DNA of 64,000 bases from an uncultured bacterium (GCA_965368975.1 CBDUPA010000002.1:256001-320000), one strand, 5' to 3'. Positions 1 through 11,221 are shown, numbered from the stretch's first letter. Numbers and translations: made by a program. Notes: generated from the sequence alone by a model not told the origin.

Positions 1-582
1 GCTGGTGATGGTCAAGAAGTAACCACCCAGGCCAAGGCAGCCGAGGACGAGCAGTCCATTGATCACATGCCGGGCCGGCAGCAAGATCGGCTGACCGCTG
101 ATCCAACCCCGCAGCTTGAGGAATGCGACGATGCTACCGCTGAAGGTAATGCTACCAATGATCACCGACAGCACAATCGTGACCGCGACCGCCGTGCTGT
201 CCAGCAGGGCGCCTGCCGCCTGTCCATCGGTACCAGTCTCGATGACCTCCAGCCACACGACCGACAGGGCAACCAGCGTGGAAGCGATGCCACCACAGCC
301 GTTGAACAGCGCGACCATCTCGGGCATCTCGGTCATCTGCACGCGGATCGCCGCCAGCAGCCCGATACCACCACCGATCAACAGCCCCAGCAGGATCCAC
401 TTGGGACTGAAGGTGCCGAGATACAGCAGCGTCGCGATGATCGCCAATAGCATGGCCAGTGACGAGGTCGCGTTACCGCGGCGCGCGGTGCGCACACCCG
501 TCAGCCCCTTGAGGCCGACGATGAACAGCACCGCCGAAACGAGGTAGAGGATTCCGACCAGAGGGGTAACTTCTCCGCTCAT
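1..582 (-). CDS. pntB: NAD(P) transhydrogenase subunit beta, 5' part (continues beyond left edge)
   Basis: Minus-strand reading from ATG at 582: MSGEVTPLVGILYLVSAVLFIVGLKGLTGVRTARRGN...VQMTEMPEMVALFNGCGGIAS, typical of the PntB N-terminus. AAGGAAG upstream; follows pntA parts. Not in the ORF track because it is truncated. Confidence 0.93.
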   Translation of the reverse strand, partial: MSGEVTPLVGILYLVSAVLFIVGLKGLTGVRTARRGNATSSLAMLLAIIATLLYLGTFSPKWILLGLLIGGGIGLLAAIRVQMTEMPEMVALFNGCGGIASTLVALSVVWLEVIETGTDGQAAGALLDSTAVAVTIVLSVIIGSITFSGSIVAFLKLRGWISGQPILLPARHVINGLLVLGCLGLGGYFLTITS

Positions 583-597
583 CTGCTCATCACTTCC

Positions 598-882
598 TTA
601 TCGCTTCTTCTGGCCGAACATGCGCAGCATGCGGTCGGTTACCAGGAAACCGCCGATCACGTTGATGGTGGCAAAGACGATCGCAGCCAGACCGAGCAGA
701 CTGCTGACCTGGTTGTCACCCGTCTGGGCCGCGATCAAAGCACCCACGATGGTGATCCCGGAAACCGCATTGGCACCCGACATCAACGGGGTGTGTAGCG
801 TCGGTGGAATCTTGGTGATGATCTCGAAGCCCACGAACATCGCGAGCACGAAGACGTAAATTCCGATGAGCAAACCGCCCAT
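598..882 (-). CDS. pntAB: NAD(P) transhydrogenase subunit alpha part 2 (membrane)
   Basis: MGGLLIGIYVFVLAMFVGFEIITKIPPTLHTPLMSGANAVSG...NVIGGFLVTDRML; SD GAAGGAG upstream of ATG 882. Confidence 0.95.
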   Translation of the reverse strand: MGGLLIGIYVFVLAMFVGFEIITKIPPTLHTPLMSGANAVSGITIVGALIAAQTGDNQVSSLLGLAAIVFATINVIGGFLVTDRMLRMFGQKKR

Positions 883-895
883 GGTGAACTCCTTC

Positions 896-2035
896 TCAGC
901 TTTCTTGCTCGAGCAGCGCGGCCACTCGGGGATGAACCACTTCACCGTCCTGGGTCAGCAACGCACCCGCGACGACTTCGTCCTCGCGGTCCAGATTCAG
1001 CTGACCGTCGTGCAGCAGGCTCAACAGCAACGCCTGATGGTTGCGGGCGTAGAGCATGCTGGCATCATGAGGCATGGTGGCCGGTAGATTCGACGGACCC
1101 AGGATCACGACGCCGTGCTCGACGACCTCCTCGTCCTTCCTGGACAGCTCACAGTTGCCGCCTTGTTCCACTGCCAAGTCGACGATCACCGCGCCAGGAT
1201 GCATTGCCTCCACCATATCGGCGGAAATCAACAGTGGCGCCTTCTTGCCCGGAATCAGGGCAGTGGTGATGGCAACGTCGGCGTTCGACAGGTGGCGCTT
1301 GACGATCTCGCGCTGCTTGGTCAGGAAGTCGGCTGTCATCTCCTTGGCATAGCCACCCTCACCGGCGCCGCTCTCCTTCATCGGCAGCTCGATGAACTTG
1401 GCACCGAGCGACCGGACTTGCTCTTCGACCTCCGGACGGATGTCCGAGACCTCCACGACAGCACCGAGACGCTTCGCGGTGGCGATCGCCTGCAGACCCG
1501 CGACGCCCGCACCCATGACCACGACACGTGCCGGCTTGACGGTGCCGGCCGCGGTCATCAGCAGGGGAAAGTACTTGTTGAGCCGAGCCGCCGCCAGCAG
1601 CACCGCCTTGTAACCGCCGATATTGGCCTGCGACGACAGCGCGTCCATGCTCTGGGCACGGCTGATGCGCGGCACCAACTCCATGGCCATCGACGCAACC
1701 TTGCGCTCCGCCAGCGCCTGGACCAGCTCGGGCTGGTCATAGGGCGACAGGAAACCGATCAGCGTGCTGCCCGGTTTCAGAAGCGCTACCTCGTCGAGGC
1801 TTGGCGGCCGCACTTTGAGCACCAGATCCGCGGCGGCGTAGGCCTCCTTGGCCTCGGTTGCGATCGCCGCTCCAACGGTGCCATAGTCGACATCCGGAAA
1901 CTGCGAAGCCACACCAGCGCCAGCTTCGATGGTGACTTCCAACCCTTCCTTGATAAATCGCTTGACGGTTTCGGGGGTGGCAGCCACCCGCGTCTCACCG
2001 GCAAGTCTTTCCTTCGGTACAAACACCTTCACCAT
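896..2035 (-). CDS. pntAA: NAD(P) transhydrogenase subunit alpha part 1 (NAD-binding domain I)
   Basis: VPKE..GETRVAATPETV, PRISRAQSMDALSSQAN, GAGVAGLQAIATAKRLGA, GEGGYAKE motifs. Confidence 0.96.
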   Translation of the reverse strand: MVKVFVPKERLAGETRVAATPETVKRFIKEGLEVTIEAGAGVASQFPDVDYGTVGAAIATEAKEAYAAADLVLKVRPPSLDEVALLKPGSTLIGFLSPYDQPELVQALAERKVASMAMELVPRISRAQSMDALSSQANIGGYKAVLLAAARLNKYFPLLMTAAGTVKPARVVVMGAGVAGLQAIATAKRLGAVVEVSDIRPEVEEQVRSLGAKFIELPMKESGAGEGGYAKEMTADFLTKQREIVKRHLSNADVAITTALIPGKKAPLLISADMVEAMHPGAVIVDLAVEQGGNCELSRKDEEVVEHGVVILGPSNLPATMPHDASMLYARNHQALLLSLLHDGQLNLDREDEVVAGALLTQDGEVVHPRVAALLEQES

Positions 2036-2246
2036 GGACGATCCCGCCTGTAAGTCAGATCTGTCTCCACGAAGATCCGGATTTCTTGTTTCGTGATTTC
2101 GATGGCTCCGTGCGGTCCCGGTCGTTCGGGGGCAGGTCAGTTCGAGTGTGGAATTTCATCCTAACTGCCCCCCCGGGGAGATGCAAGGATCGCCTCCGAC
2201 CCGGGGCCGGATCGCACCCCGCTGACGCCCCCCGTATACTGCAGGC

Positions 2247-5200
2247 ATGAGCCAGAACTCCGATCACGCCCCTACTCGTACCACGAATTCTCCCGCGAAG
2301 CACCACACCAACAGATTGGTCGACGAGACCAGTCCCTACCTCCTGCAGCACGCACACAATCCTGTCGACTGGTACCCCTGGGGGGACGAAGCTCTAGCTC
2401 GAGCCCGCAGCGAAGAGCGGCTCATCCTACTGAGCATCGGCTACTCCTCCTGTCACTGGTGCCATGTGATGGAACGCGAGTCGTTCGAGGACGAGGCGAT
2501 CGCGGCCCTGATGAACGACAACTTCGTCAACGTGAAGGTCGACCGCGAGGAGCGCCCCGACCTGGACGAGATCTACATGGCCGCCACCCTGGCGCTCAAC
2601 CAAGGGCAGGGCGGCTGGCCGATGACCGTCTTCCTGACGCCGGAGCTGGAACCCGTTTTTGCGGGCACCTACTTCCCACCGCGCGATGCCTATGGACGGC
2701 CCGGCTTCTCGACGCTCCTGCGGCGCATCGCTGAAGTGTGGAACGACGACCCCGAATCCCTGCGTCGTAGCGCCGCGGAAGTCGTCGACCATCTGCGCCG
2801 GCAAGGGGAGCTCGACAGTCCTCTGGCGGTTGGCGAAGAAGAGCTGCAACGCGCTCTGCAGCAATACGGCCAGGACTTCGACCCCCTCTACGGCGGCTTC
2901 GGCCCGGCACCCAAGTTTCCGCCGGCCACCAGCCTGAGCTTGCTACTGCGCCTGCACCGTCGCCTCGGCGAGGCGCAGGCCCTCGAGATGGTGGAGCGCA
3001 CGCTCGAAGGGATGGCCTTCGGTGGCCTCTACGACCAGGTGGGCGGCGGCTTCGCTCGCTACTCCACCGACGAGCGCTGGCTGGTACCGCACTTCGAGAA
3101 GATGCTCTACGACAACGCCCTGCTGGCCGCCGCGTACGTCGAGGCCTGGCAGGCCACCGGTAAGCCGCTCTACCAGCGTATCGTCACGGAGACTCTGGAC
3201 TATGTGCTGCGCGAGATGACCGCTCCAGAGGGTGGCTTCTATTCCGCTACCGACGCTGACTCCGAAGGCGAAGAGGGCAAGTTCTTCGTCTGGACGCCGG
3301 CCGAGATCGAGGCCATCCTCGATCCCGAGGACGCACGGCTCTTCTGCGCCTACTACGACATCACCGAAAGTGGCAACTGGGAAGGCAAGAGCATCCCGCA
3401 CGTGACACGCAATCTCGCGGATGTCGCCGAACGGCTGGGTCTGCAGCCGGCGTCGGAGGCCGACGATGAGTTCCTGGTGGCCCTGCAAGCCCGTCTCGAC
3501 GCGGCTCGGCAGCGCGTCTACGAGGCGCGCCTGCAGCGCGTGCCTCCGGGGCTCGACGACAAGATCCTGACCGCCTGGAACGCCATGATGATCCGCGCCT
3601 TCGCACTCGCTGGGCAAGCTTTCGATGAACCACGGTACCGCCAAGCTGCAGCACGTACCTGCGACTTTCTGTGGCGCGACGTGCGACGTGACGACGGCAG
3701 ACTGCTGCGCACTTGGCGCGCGGGCCGCGCGCACTTGGACGCCGTGCTCGAAGACTATGCGTATCTGGCCGAGGCTCTGATCGACGTCTATGAAACGACG
3801 GGCGAACCGCGCTACCTGAAGCGCGCCGAAGAACTCCTCGACCGGGTCCGCCAAGACTTCGGCTCCGACGACGGCGCCTTCTTCCATACCGCCAAAGACC
3901 ACGAGCAGTTGATTGTGCGCTACCGCGAGGGCACCGATGGCGCCATCCCCTGCGGCAACGCTGTCGCTGCGATGGCACTGGCTCGCCTCTCCTTCCATCT
4001 CGACCGCCGCGACCTGCGTGACGCGGCGGCCGACGCCATCCAGGCCTACGGCCGCGTCCTGGCGCGCTATCCGCGAGCCTTCGCCAAGAGCCTGTGCACC
4101 GTCGACCTGCTGCTCGAAGGCCCGGTCGAGCTGGCGCTGGTGGGCAACCCAGCCGCACCGGACTTCCAGGCCCTACGGCGCGAGGTGGGCCGGCACTACT
4201 TACCCAACCGCATCCTCGCCCCGAGCCCCAAAGACGCGGAGGCCGTCAGCTCGAATTCCGACGACGCAGTCACTACCGACCCGCCGCTACTGCTTGCCGG
4301 CAAGATGCCCGTCGACGGCCGCGCAGCGCTGTACGTGTGCCGCGATTTCGCCTGTCAGGCTCCCGTGACGCGGCCGGAACAGGTCGAAGCCGCGCTCGCC
4401 GAGACGGCAACAGCAGGTTCATCGACCGCCTCCTCGACCGCCATCGGCCGTCACCTCGAAGGCCACGCCACCGCCCAAGGCACAGCACGTTACGCCCAAC
4501 GCTTCGCCACGGCACTGCCGCACGGCTACCAAGAGCTCAGCGCCACCACCGCCGCGCTCACCGTCTGCCGTGCCGGCTTCGGTGGCTATCGCGTGGACGA
4601 CGAGACCGCTGTCCACCGACGGGCCCTCGAGCACGCGCTGCGCTCTGGCGTCAACCTGATCGACACCTCCAGCAACTACACGGATGGTGGCAGTGAACGG
4701 CTGGTCGGCACGGTGCTACGCCGGCTGATCGACGCCGGCGAGCTGCAGCGAGACGAGGTCGTCGTGGTGTCCAAGCTCGGCTACGTCCAGGGCGCCAACT
4801 ACGCCCGGGCACACGAGCGCGACGCGGCCGGGAACGGCTTCCCCGAAATGGTCAAGCTGGACGATGGCCTGTGGCATTGCCTCCACCCTGAATTTCTCGA
4901 GGATCAACTCGGTCGCAGTCTCGACCGCTTGGGACTCGAGACCCTCGACATCTGCCTGCTGCACAATCCCGAGTACTTCCTCGCTGACGCGTCTCGGCAC
5001 AGTCCTGCGGGGCAGCCTCTCGAGGCGACACGCGACGAGTTCTACCGCCGTCTCGAAGCCGCCTTCGCCTACCTCGAGGGGCAAGTCGACGCCGGCCGCC
5101 TCGCCGCCTACGGCGTCTCCTCCAATACCGTCACCCGCGCCAAGGACGATCCAGAAGCCACCGACCTGCCACGTATGCTGGCCGCATCGCTCTCCGCCGC

Positions 5201-6032
5201 CCGCGACGCCACCGGCGGAGTCGCTTCTAGATCGCATTTCCGTGTCCTGCAATTGCCGCTCAACCTGTGCGAGTCCGGGGCGCTGTTGCAGCCGGACGCT
5301 GTCCTGCTCCAGGCCCGCGACGCCGGCGTCGGCGTGCTCGCCAACCGCCCTCTCAATGCCCTCTCCCGCGATCCCAGCCATAGCGGGATGTTGCGCCTGG
5401 CCGACATCTCCGACGAACATCTGGCCCTGAGCGCCCAGGATCCAGCGGCGCAAGCGGACGTCGAAGCCCTACTCGTCGAGCTGGCCGAACTCGAGGCCCA
5501 GCTCCAGACCCACGTCGCCCCGCAGGTGCGCGGCACGCAGGGTGAAGACCTCGACCTCTTCCGCTGGAGCGCTCAGCTGGCGCAGATCGAGCCGCGCATC
5601 AAGAATCTGCACAGCTGGCGACCCGTCGAGATGCAAGTCCGCTTCAGCGTCCGTCGCATGGCGCAACAACTCGACGCCCACCTCGACGGCCCGGCCGCTG
5701 GCCTCTGGGTTCCGCATCGTCAGCCTTATCTCGACTTGCTCGAGACCCTGCTGCAGGCCCTCCGCTGGCGTGCTGCCCAACGCAGCCGCGCAGCCACCGC
5801 CGACATCGTCCAGGCCATCGATCCGCACCTGCCCGAGGACCGACATGGAGAGCCCCTGTCACGCAAGGCTCTCTGGACCGTCGCCAGCACGCCCGGTGTC
5901 ACCTGCGTCCTCGTCGGCATCCGCCAACCCGCGTACGTCGACGATGTCGTCGAGGTGCTGCGCTGGCCGTCACTGGCAGAGCCCGAGAAAGTCTATCGAG
6001 CCCTGGCCGACCCAGGCACGCTCTCCGGTTGA
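2247..6032 (+). CDS. YyaL/SPATA20(SSP411)-family thioredoxin + six-hairpin protein fused to a C-terminal aldo/keto reductase domain
   Basis: N-terminal [46 protein letters not shown]-terminal ~500 aa has [41 protein letters not shown] (AKR motifs). Confidence 0.9.
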   Translation: MSQNSDHAPTRTTNSPAKHHTNRLVDETSPYLLQHAHNPVDWYPWGDEALARARSEERLILLSIGYSSCHWCHVMERESFEDEAIAALMNDNFVNVKVDREERPDLDEIYMAATLALNQGQGGWPMTVFLTPELEPVFAGTYFPPRDAYGRPGFSTLLRRIAEVWNDDPESLRRSAAEVVDHLRRQGELDSPLAVGEEELQRALQQYGQDFDPLYGGFGPAPKFPPATSLSLLLRLHRRLGEAQALEMVERTLEGMAFGGLYDQVGGGFARYSTDERWLVPHFEKMLYDNALLAAAYVEAWQATGKPLYQRIVTETLDYVLREMTAPEGGFYSATDADSEGEEGKFFVWTPAEIEAILDPEDARLFCAYYDITESGNWEGKSIPHVTRNLADVAERLGLQPASEADDEFLVALQARLDAARQRVYEARLQRVPPGLDDKILTAWNAMMIRAFALAGQAFDEPRYRQAAARTCDFLWRDVRRDDGRLLRTWRAGRAHLDAVLEDYAYLAEALIDVYETTGEPRYLKRAEELLDRVRQDFGSDDGAFFHTAKDHEQLIVRYREGTDGAIPCGNAVAAMALARLSFHLDRRDLRDAAADAIQAYGRVLARYPRAFAKSLCTVDLLLEGPVELALVGNPAAPDFQALRREVGRHYLPNRILAPSPKDAEAVSSNSDDAVTTDPPLLLAGKMPVDGRAALYVCRDFACQAPVTRPEQVEAALAETATAGSSTASSTAIGRHLEGHATAQGTARYAQRFATALPHGYQELSATTAALTVCRAGFGGYRVDDETAVHRRALEHALRSGVNLIDTSSNYTDGGSERLVGTVLRRLIDAGELQRDEVVVVSKLGYVQGANYARAHERDAAGNGFPEMVKLDDGLWHCLHPEFLEDQLGRSLDRLGLETLDICLLHNPEYFLADASRHSPAGQPLEATRDEFYRRLEAAFAYLEGQVDAGRLAAYGVSSNTVTRAKDDPEATDLPRMLAASLSAARDATGGVASRSHFRVLQLPLNLCESGALLQPDAVLLQARDAGVGVLANRPLNALSRDPSHSGMLRLADISDEHLALSAQDPAAQADVEALLVELAELEAQLQTHVAPQVRGTQGEDLDLFRWSAQLAQIEPRIKNLHSWRPVEMQVRFSVRRMAQQLDAHLDGPAAGLWVPHRQPYLDLLETLLQALRWRAAQRSRAATADIVQAIDPHLPEDRHGEPLSRKALWTVASTPGVTCVLVGIRQPAYVDDVVEVLRWPSLAEPEKVYRALADPGTLSG

Positions 6033-6063
6033 CATCCTCACTGCGGCCGTTTTAGTGTCGGTT

Positions 6064-6891
6064 GTGCACCCCAAAAATTCGACTACCCACCTGACCACCG
6101 ACACCTCCGGCGGCAGTGGCTCTGCTGCACTTGGTGCTGGGAAGATCGTCGGTGCGATCCCGGCACGCTATGCGTCGACGCGCTTGCCGGGAAAGCCGTT
6201 ACGCTTGATCGCGGGCAAGCCGATGATCGAGCACGTCTACCGGCGCGCGGCGCAAGCGGACGGGATCGACCACGTCGTCGTGCTGACGGACGATCCGCGG
6301 ATCGCCGAGACGGTGGATGCTTTCGGCGGACGCTGCGAAATGACGCCAGAAGACTGCGCCAGCGGCACCGACCGCATCGCGCATGCGGCGCGTGGTTGGG
6401 CGGACGTCGTGGCGGTGATCAACATTCAGGGCGACGAGCCGTTGATCGAGCCGGAGGGCATCGCGCGCCTTGCCCGTCACCTGCGCGAACATCCTAACGA
6501 CGGCATGGCCACCCTGGCAGCGCCCGCGGCCGAGGGCGAGCTGGAAGATCCCAACGCAGTCAAGGTCGTCGTCGATCTGGCCGGCTACGCGCTCTACTTC
6601 AGCCGCGCCGCGATCCCCTATCCGCGCTGCACCGGCGCCGCTCCGACGCGCAAGCACGTCGGCATCTACGCCTACCGCCGCGATCTATTGCTGCGGCTGG
6701 CCGAGCTGGCGCCAACGATGCTCGAGCAAGCCGAGAGCCTGGAGCAACTGCGTGCGCTGGAGCACGGTATCCGCATTCGCGTGCTCGACACGGAGCGCGC
6801 GGCGCAGGGTGTCGACACCGAGGAAGACTTGGCCCGGGTCGAGCTAGCTCTGCAGCAGGCGGCCCGTGACGAAGCGGCGCAGGCCGAATAG
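6064..6891 (+). CDS. kdsB: 3-deoxy-manno-octulosonate cytidylyltransferase (start approximate, GTG 6055 or 6064)
   Basis: IPARYASTRLPGKPL, SGTDRIA, NIQGDEP, ALYFSRA.IP, HVGIYAY, ESLEQLRALE, GVDT.ED motifs. Confidence 0.95.
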   Translation: MHPKNSTTHLTTDTSGGSGSAALGAGKIVGAIPARYASTRLPGKPLRLIAGKPMIEHVYRRAAQADGIDHVVVLTDDPRIAETVDAFGGRCEMTPEDCASGTDRIAHAARGWADVVAVINIQGDEPLIEPEGIARLARHLREHPNDGMATLAAPAAEGELEDPNAVKVVVDLAGYALYFSRAAIPYPRCTGAAPTRKHVGIYAYRRDLLLRLAELAPTMLEQAESLEQLRALEHGIRIRVLDTERAAQGVDTEEDLARVELALQQAARDEAAQAE

Positions 6892-6995
6892 GCCGACATC
6901 AGAAGCGAGTTATCATGAACCCCCCGGAAGAAATCTCGGCGCCGAATCCTCCCAGACCGGCCGAGCAGCCCCGAGACCAAAGGAGCCTGAAATCC

Positions 6996-8783
6996 ATGTC
7001 CGCCAAGTACATCTTCGTCACCGGTGGCGTCGTCTCATCCCTGGGTAAGGGCGTCACCGCGGCCACCGTCGGCGCCATCCTGGAAGCCCGCGGCTTCTCG
7101 GTCACGGTGATGAAGTTCGACCCCTACGTCAACGTCGATCCCGGCACCATGTCGCCCTACCAGCACGGTGAGGTCTTCGTCACCGAGGACGGCGCCGAGA
7201 CCGACCTCGACCTCGGCCACTACGAGCGCTTCACCAAGACGATCACCAGCAAGCTGCACAACTACACGACCGGCAAGATTTACCAGGCGGTGATCGACAA
7301 GGAGCGCAAGGGCGAGTACCTGGGCAAGACGGTGCAGGTGATCCCGCACATCACGGACGAGATCAAGGACGCGATGCGCCGGCTGGCGGACCTCTACGAC
7401 ATCGTGATCGTCGAAGTGGGCGGAACCGTCGGTGACATCGAGTCGCTGCCGTTCCTCGAAGCGCTGCGCCAGTTCCGCCAGGAACTCGGCCGCTTCAATG
7501 CCGCCGACATCCACGTCACGCTGGTGCCCTACATCAAGGCCGCCGACGAGCTGAAGACCAAGCCGACACAGCACTCGGTGCGCGAGCTACGCGCCATCGG
7601 CATCTCGCCGGATGTGCTGGTGTGCCGCTGTGACCGTCCCCTACCGGAAGAGATCAAGCGCAAGATCGCCCAATTCTGCAACGTCGAACCGCGCCAGGTG
7701 ATCGCCGCCCGTGATGTCGACACGATCTACGAATGCCCGCTCACCTTCAGTCGCGAGGGCATGGACGAGTTGTTGCTGGAGCAACTCAACCTGCCGCGCT
7801 ACGAGCGCGACCTATCCCCGTGGGAGAACCTAATCAGCCGTATCAAGCGCACCCAGCACAAGGTCCAGATCGGCATCGTCGGCAAGTACACGGACTTCCC
7901 GGACGCCTACAAGAGTCTCAATGAGGCGCTGCTGCACGGCGGCTGGGCCAACGACGCGGCGGTCGACATCCAGTACATCTCCTCTGGCGACCTGGAGTCC
8001 GACAAGTGGCCGCGCGAGATGTTCGACGTCGATGGCATCTTGGTGCCGATCGGCTTCGACGTGCGCGGTACCGAAGGCAAGGTACGCGCCGTGCGCTACG
8101 CGCGCGAGCACAAAGTACCGGTGTTCGGTATCTGCCTCGGCCTGCAAAGCATGGTGATCGAGTACGCGCGCAACGTCTGCAACCTGAGCGACGCGACGTC
8201 CGCCGAATTCGACCCCGAAGCCGAAACCGCGGTGATCTACAAGCTGCGAGACCTGCTAGGAATCGAGGAGATGGGCGGCACAATGCGCCTCGGCGCCTAC
8301 CCGTGCAAACTGCAGCCCGGCACTCTTGCGCACCAGATCTACGGTGAAGAAGTGATCAGCGAGCGCCACCGACACCGCTACGAGGTCAACCAGAAGTACC
8401 TGCGCACCCTGGTCGATCACGGCCTGGTGATCTCTGGACTCAGCCCGGACGGCAAGTTCGTCGAGATGATCGAGCTGCCGGACCACCCCTGGTACGTCGG
8501 ATGCCAGTTCCATCCCGAGTACAAGTCTCGGCCACTGGACCCGCACCCACTCTTCGTCTCGTTCATCAAGGCAGCGCTGGCACACCAAGAAAGGCGTAAC
8601 CAGGCGGACGAGCCACAGCGCGAGGCATGGAACCAGGCAGCCCGGCGCGTCGCCGAGCGGACCGTCGCGGACGCCGAAGCTGCCGCCAGCAATGGAACAA
8701 CCAGTAACGCAGCAGCGGCGAACGACACGGACACCGACATTGCCGCGGTCGGCGCAGGCGGGGTCGGAGCTCCCACCGAATGA
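6996..8783 (+). CDS. pyrG: CTP synthase
   Basis: KYIFVTGGVVSSLGKG, DPGTMSPYQHGEVFV, KTKPTQHSV, GICLG, RHRHRYEVN, QFHPE; SD AGGAG before ATG 6996. Confidence 0.97.
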   Translation: MSAKYIFVTGGVVSSLGKGVTAATVGAILEARGFSVTVMKFDPYVNVDPGTMSPYQHGEVFVTEDGAETDLDLGHYERFTKTITSKLHNYTTGKIYQAVIDKERKGEYLGKTVQVIPHITDEIKDAMRRLADLYDIVIVEVGGTVGDIESLPFLEALRQFRQELGRFNAADIHVTLVPYIKAADELKTKPTQHSVRELRAIGISPDVLVCRCDRPLPEEIKRKIAQFCNVEPRQVIAARDVDTIYECPLTFSREGMDELLLEQLNLPRYERDLSPWENLISRIKRTQHKVQIGIVGKYTDFPDAYKSLNEALLHGGWANDAAVDIQYISSGDLESDKWPREMFDVDGILVPIGFDVRGTEGKVRAVRYAREHKVPVFGICLGLQSMVIEYARNVCNLSDATSAEFDPEAETAVIYKLRDLLGIEEMGGTMRLGAYPCKLQPGTLAHQIYGEEVISERHRHRYEVNQKYLRTLVDHGLVISGLSPDGKFVEMIELPDHPWYVGCQFHPEYKSRPLDPHPLFVSFIKAALAHQERRNQADEPQREAWNQAARRVAERTVADAEAAASNGTTSNAAAANDTDTDIAAVGAGGVGAPTE

Positions 8784-9628
8784 GCACGCCCGCCCCACGG
8801 ACGTCGGCGCCGACGCCGATCGAACTGGCACCCGGAATCGTTCTGGGCGGACCCGAGCTGCCACTGATCTGCGGTCCGTGCGCCATCGAGAGCGAAGAAC
8901 GAACGCTAGAGACCGCACGCCTGCTCGACGACCTGCGCCGCCGCCTAGACCTGAAGCTGATCTTCAAAGCGTCCTTCGACAAGGCCAACCGTTCGTCGGG
9001 CGACAGCTTCCGTGGTGTCGGGCTCGACGAGGGCCTACGCATCCTGCAGCGTGTGCGCGACGAGACCGGCATGCCACTGCTCACAGACGTCCACGAACCG
9101 CACCAATGCACGCCGGTGGCCGAAGTCTGCGACATCTTGCAGATACCCGCCTTCCTGTGCCGGCAAACCGACCTGCTGCAGGCCGCCGCCGACACCGGCC
9201 GCGCGGTGAATGTGAAGAAGGGGCAGTTCCTGGCACCGGACGATGTACTCAAGGCGGTCGAGAAGGTGACCTCGCGCGGTAACAACCGGGTCTTCGTCAC
9301 CGAGCGCGGCTACAGCTTCGGCTACCACAACCTGGTGGTCGACATGCGCAGCTTTCCGATGCTGCACGCCGACGGCATTCTGACCATCTATGACATCACC
9401 CACTCACTGCAGTTACCCGGCGGCGGCACCGAGACGGGCGGCGCACGCCAATACGCTGAACCGCTGGCCCGTGCGGCGGTCGCGGCCGGCGCCGACGGTA
9501 TCTTCCTCGAAGTGCACCCCGACCCCGAGAACGCACTCTCCGACCGCACCACTCAGCTGCCCCCGGAGCGCGCCGAGGCCTTGATTCGCAGCCTCCTGCA
9601 CCTACGCCAGACGGTCGTCGAGGCCTGA
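8780..9628 (+). CDS. kdsA: 3-deoxy-8-phosphooctulonate (KDO8P) synthase
   Basis: GPCAIES, FKASFDKANRSS, QIPAFLCRQTDLL, NVKKGQFL, ERG.SFGY, D.THS, EVHP.P..ALSD. Confidence 0.96.
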   Translation: MSTPAPRTSAPTPIELAPGIVLGGPELPLICGPCAIESEERTLETARLLDDLRRRLDLKLIFKASFDKANRSSGDSFRGVGLDEGLRILQRVRDETGMPLLTDVHEPHQCTPVAEVCDILQIPAFLCRQTDLLQAAADTGRAVNVKKGQFLAPDDVLKAVEKVTSRGNNRVFVTERGYSFGYHNLVVDMRSFPMLHADGILTIYDITHSLQLPGGGTETGGARQYAEPLARAAVAAGADGIFLEVHPDPENALSDRTTQLPPERAEALIRSLLHLRQTVVEA

Positions 9629-9692
9629 GTGGCCCGCGTGCAACGACCGCCTGAACCTGCGAACCGACACCTGCCATGAGCCCTTCCCCCAC

Positions 9693-10673
9693 ATGAGTAC
9701 CGCCCCCAGAGCTACCGACCTGCGCAAGGTCGCCCGCCAGGTCCTGGAGATCGAGGCACAGGCCATCCTCGGCCTGCTGCCGCATCTCGACGAGAGCTTC
9801 GACCGCGCCGTCGAGCTGATCCAGGGCTGCCGCGGCCGCGTCGTCTGCACTGGCATGGGCAAGAGCGGCATCGTGATGCAAAAGATCGCCGCCACCATGG
9901 CCTCGACCGGTACCCCGGCCATGTTCCTGCACCCGGCCGAGGCCATCCACGGCGACCTCGGCATGGTGACCCAGGACGACCTCGTGCTGGCCGCGTCTTA
10001 CTCCGGCACCACCGAAGAATTGCTGCGCCTGGTCGAGACACTCAAGCGTCTCGGCGTGCCCCTGCTGGCGTTGACCGGCAGCGCCCAGAGTCCCTTGGCA
10101 CGCCATGCCGATCTGCACCTGCCAGTCCCGATCGACCGTGAGGCCTGTCCCCTCAACCTCGCCCCGACGGCCTCCACCACCGCCACTCTGGCGCTCGGCG
10201 ATGCGCTGGCCATGGCGCTGCTCGAAGCCCGCGGCTTCACGCCCGAAGATTTCGCACGCCTGCATCCCGGCGGCCGCCTCGGCAAGCGCCTGCTGCGCGT
10301 CGACCAGCTGATGCACCGCGACAACGAGGTGCCGCGCGTCACGGCGGACACCTCGATGCGCGAGACGATCTACGAGATGTCACGCCAGGGCAAGGGCATC
10401 ACCGCCGTCACCGACGGCGACGGTCACCTGCTCGGCTGTATCTCCGATGGCGACCTGCGGCGCCTGCTGCAGGAGGGCAATGCATCCCTGGACAAGACCG
10501 CCGGCGAGTACGTCCACACCCGACCCCGCACCATCGACGGCGCCGAACTCGCCCCCGTCGCACTCAAAGAGATGGAAGATCACCGCATCACGAGCCTGTT
10601 TATCTGTGACGGGGACGGACGCCTGCAAGGCCTGCTGCACCTACACGACCTGTGGGGCCTGGAGATGTTTTGA
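9693..10673 (+). CDS. kdsD: Arabinose-5-phosphate isomerase (KpsF/GutQ, SIS + CBS)
   Basis: GMGKSG, ASTGTPA.FLHPAEA.HGDLG, EACPLNLAPTASTT, FARLHPGG.LG, C-terminal CBS pair. Confidence 0.95.
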   Translation: MSTAPRATDLRKVARQVLEIEAQAILGLLPHLDESFDRAVELIQGCRGRVVCTGMGKSGIVMQKIAATMASTGTPAMFLHPAEAIHGDLGMVTQDDLVLAASYSGTTEELLRLVETLKRLGVPLLALTGSAQSPLARHADLHLPVPIDREACPLNLAPTASTTATLALGDALAMALLEARGFTPEDFARLHPGGRLGKRLLRVDQLMHRDNEVPRVTADTSMRETIYEMSRQGKGITAVTDGDGHLLGCISDGDLRRLLQEGNASLDKTAGEYVHTRPRTIDGAELAPVALKEMEDHRITSLFICDGDGRLQGLLHLHDLWGLEMF

Positions 10674-11221
10674 TGACCCGATCCAAGCTCCAGGACAACC
10701 TGCGCCAGCGCGCCCAGCGTCTGAAGTGGATCCTGCTCGACGTCGACGGCGTGCTGACCCAGGGCACCCTGGTGTACAGCCCCGAGGGCGAGATGACCAA
10801 GCACTTCCACGTGCGCGACGGCTTGGCCCTCAAGTTGGCCCAGCGCTGCGGCCTGCGCGTCGGCTTGCTGTCCGGGCGTGAGAGTCCGGCCCTCAGCAAG
10901 CGGGCATCGGAACTGAAGCTGGACGAGGTCATGGTGGGACGCGACAACAAGGACCTCACCTTCACCACGTTCCTCAGCACCCACCACCTCACGGACCGCC
11001 AGGTCGCCTACATCGGCGACGACCTGCCCGATCTACCGGTCCTGCTCCGCGTCGGGCTATCCTTCGCCCCCGCCGACGCCGCACGGGAAGTACGCGAGCG
11101 TGTCCACCACGTGCTCGAGACACCCGGAGGTCATGGTGCCGCGCGCGAGATGATCGAACTCTTGCTGCGCGCCCGTGGCGAGTGGGACGACCTGATCGAC
11201 TCCTTCTTACCCTCGAGCTAG
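10673..11221 (+). CDS. kdsC: KDO8P phosphatase (HAD family)
   Basis: LLDVDGVLT, F.VRDG, YIGDDLPD, GG.GAARE; TGATG coupling to kdsD. Confidence 0.94.
   Translation: MTRSKLQDNLRQRAQRLKWILLDVDGVLTQGTLVYSPEGEMTKHFHVRDGLALKLAQRCGLRVGLLSGRESPALSKRASELKLDEVMVGRDNKDLTFTTFLSTHHLTDRQVAYIGDDLPDLPVLLRVGLSFAPADAAREVRERVHHVLETPGGHGAAREMIELLLRARGEWDDLIDSFLPSS

Noticed and set aside
2036-2246. Possible Rex/CRP box upstream of the pnt operon (GTGTGGAATTTCAT)
   Set aside because: Spacing and symmetry do not fit the TTGTGAA-N4-TTCACAA or TGTGA-N6-TCACA consensus well enough.
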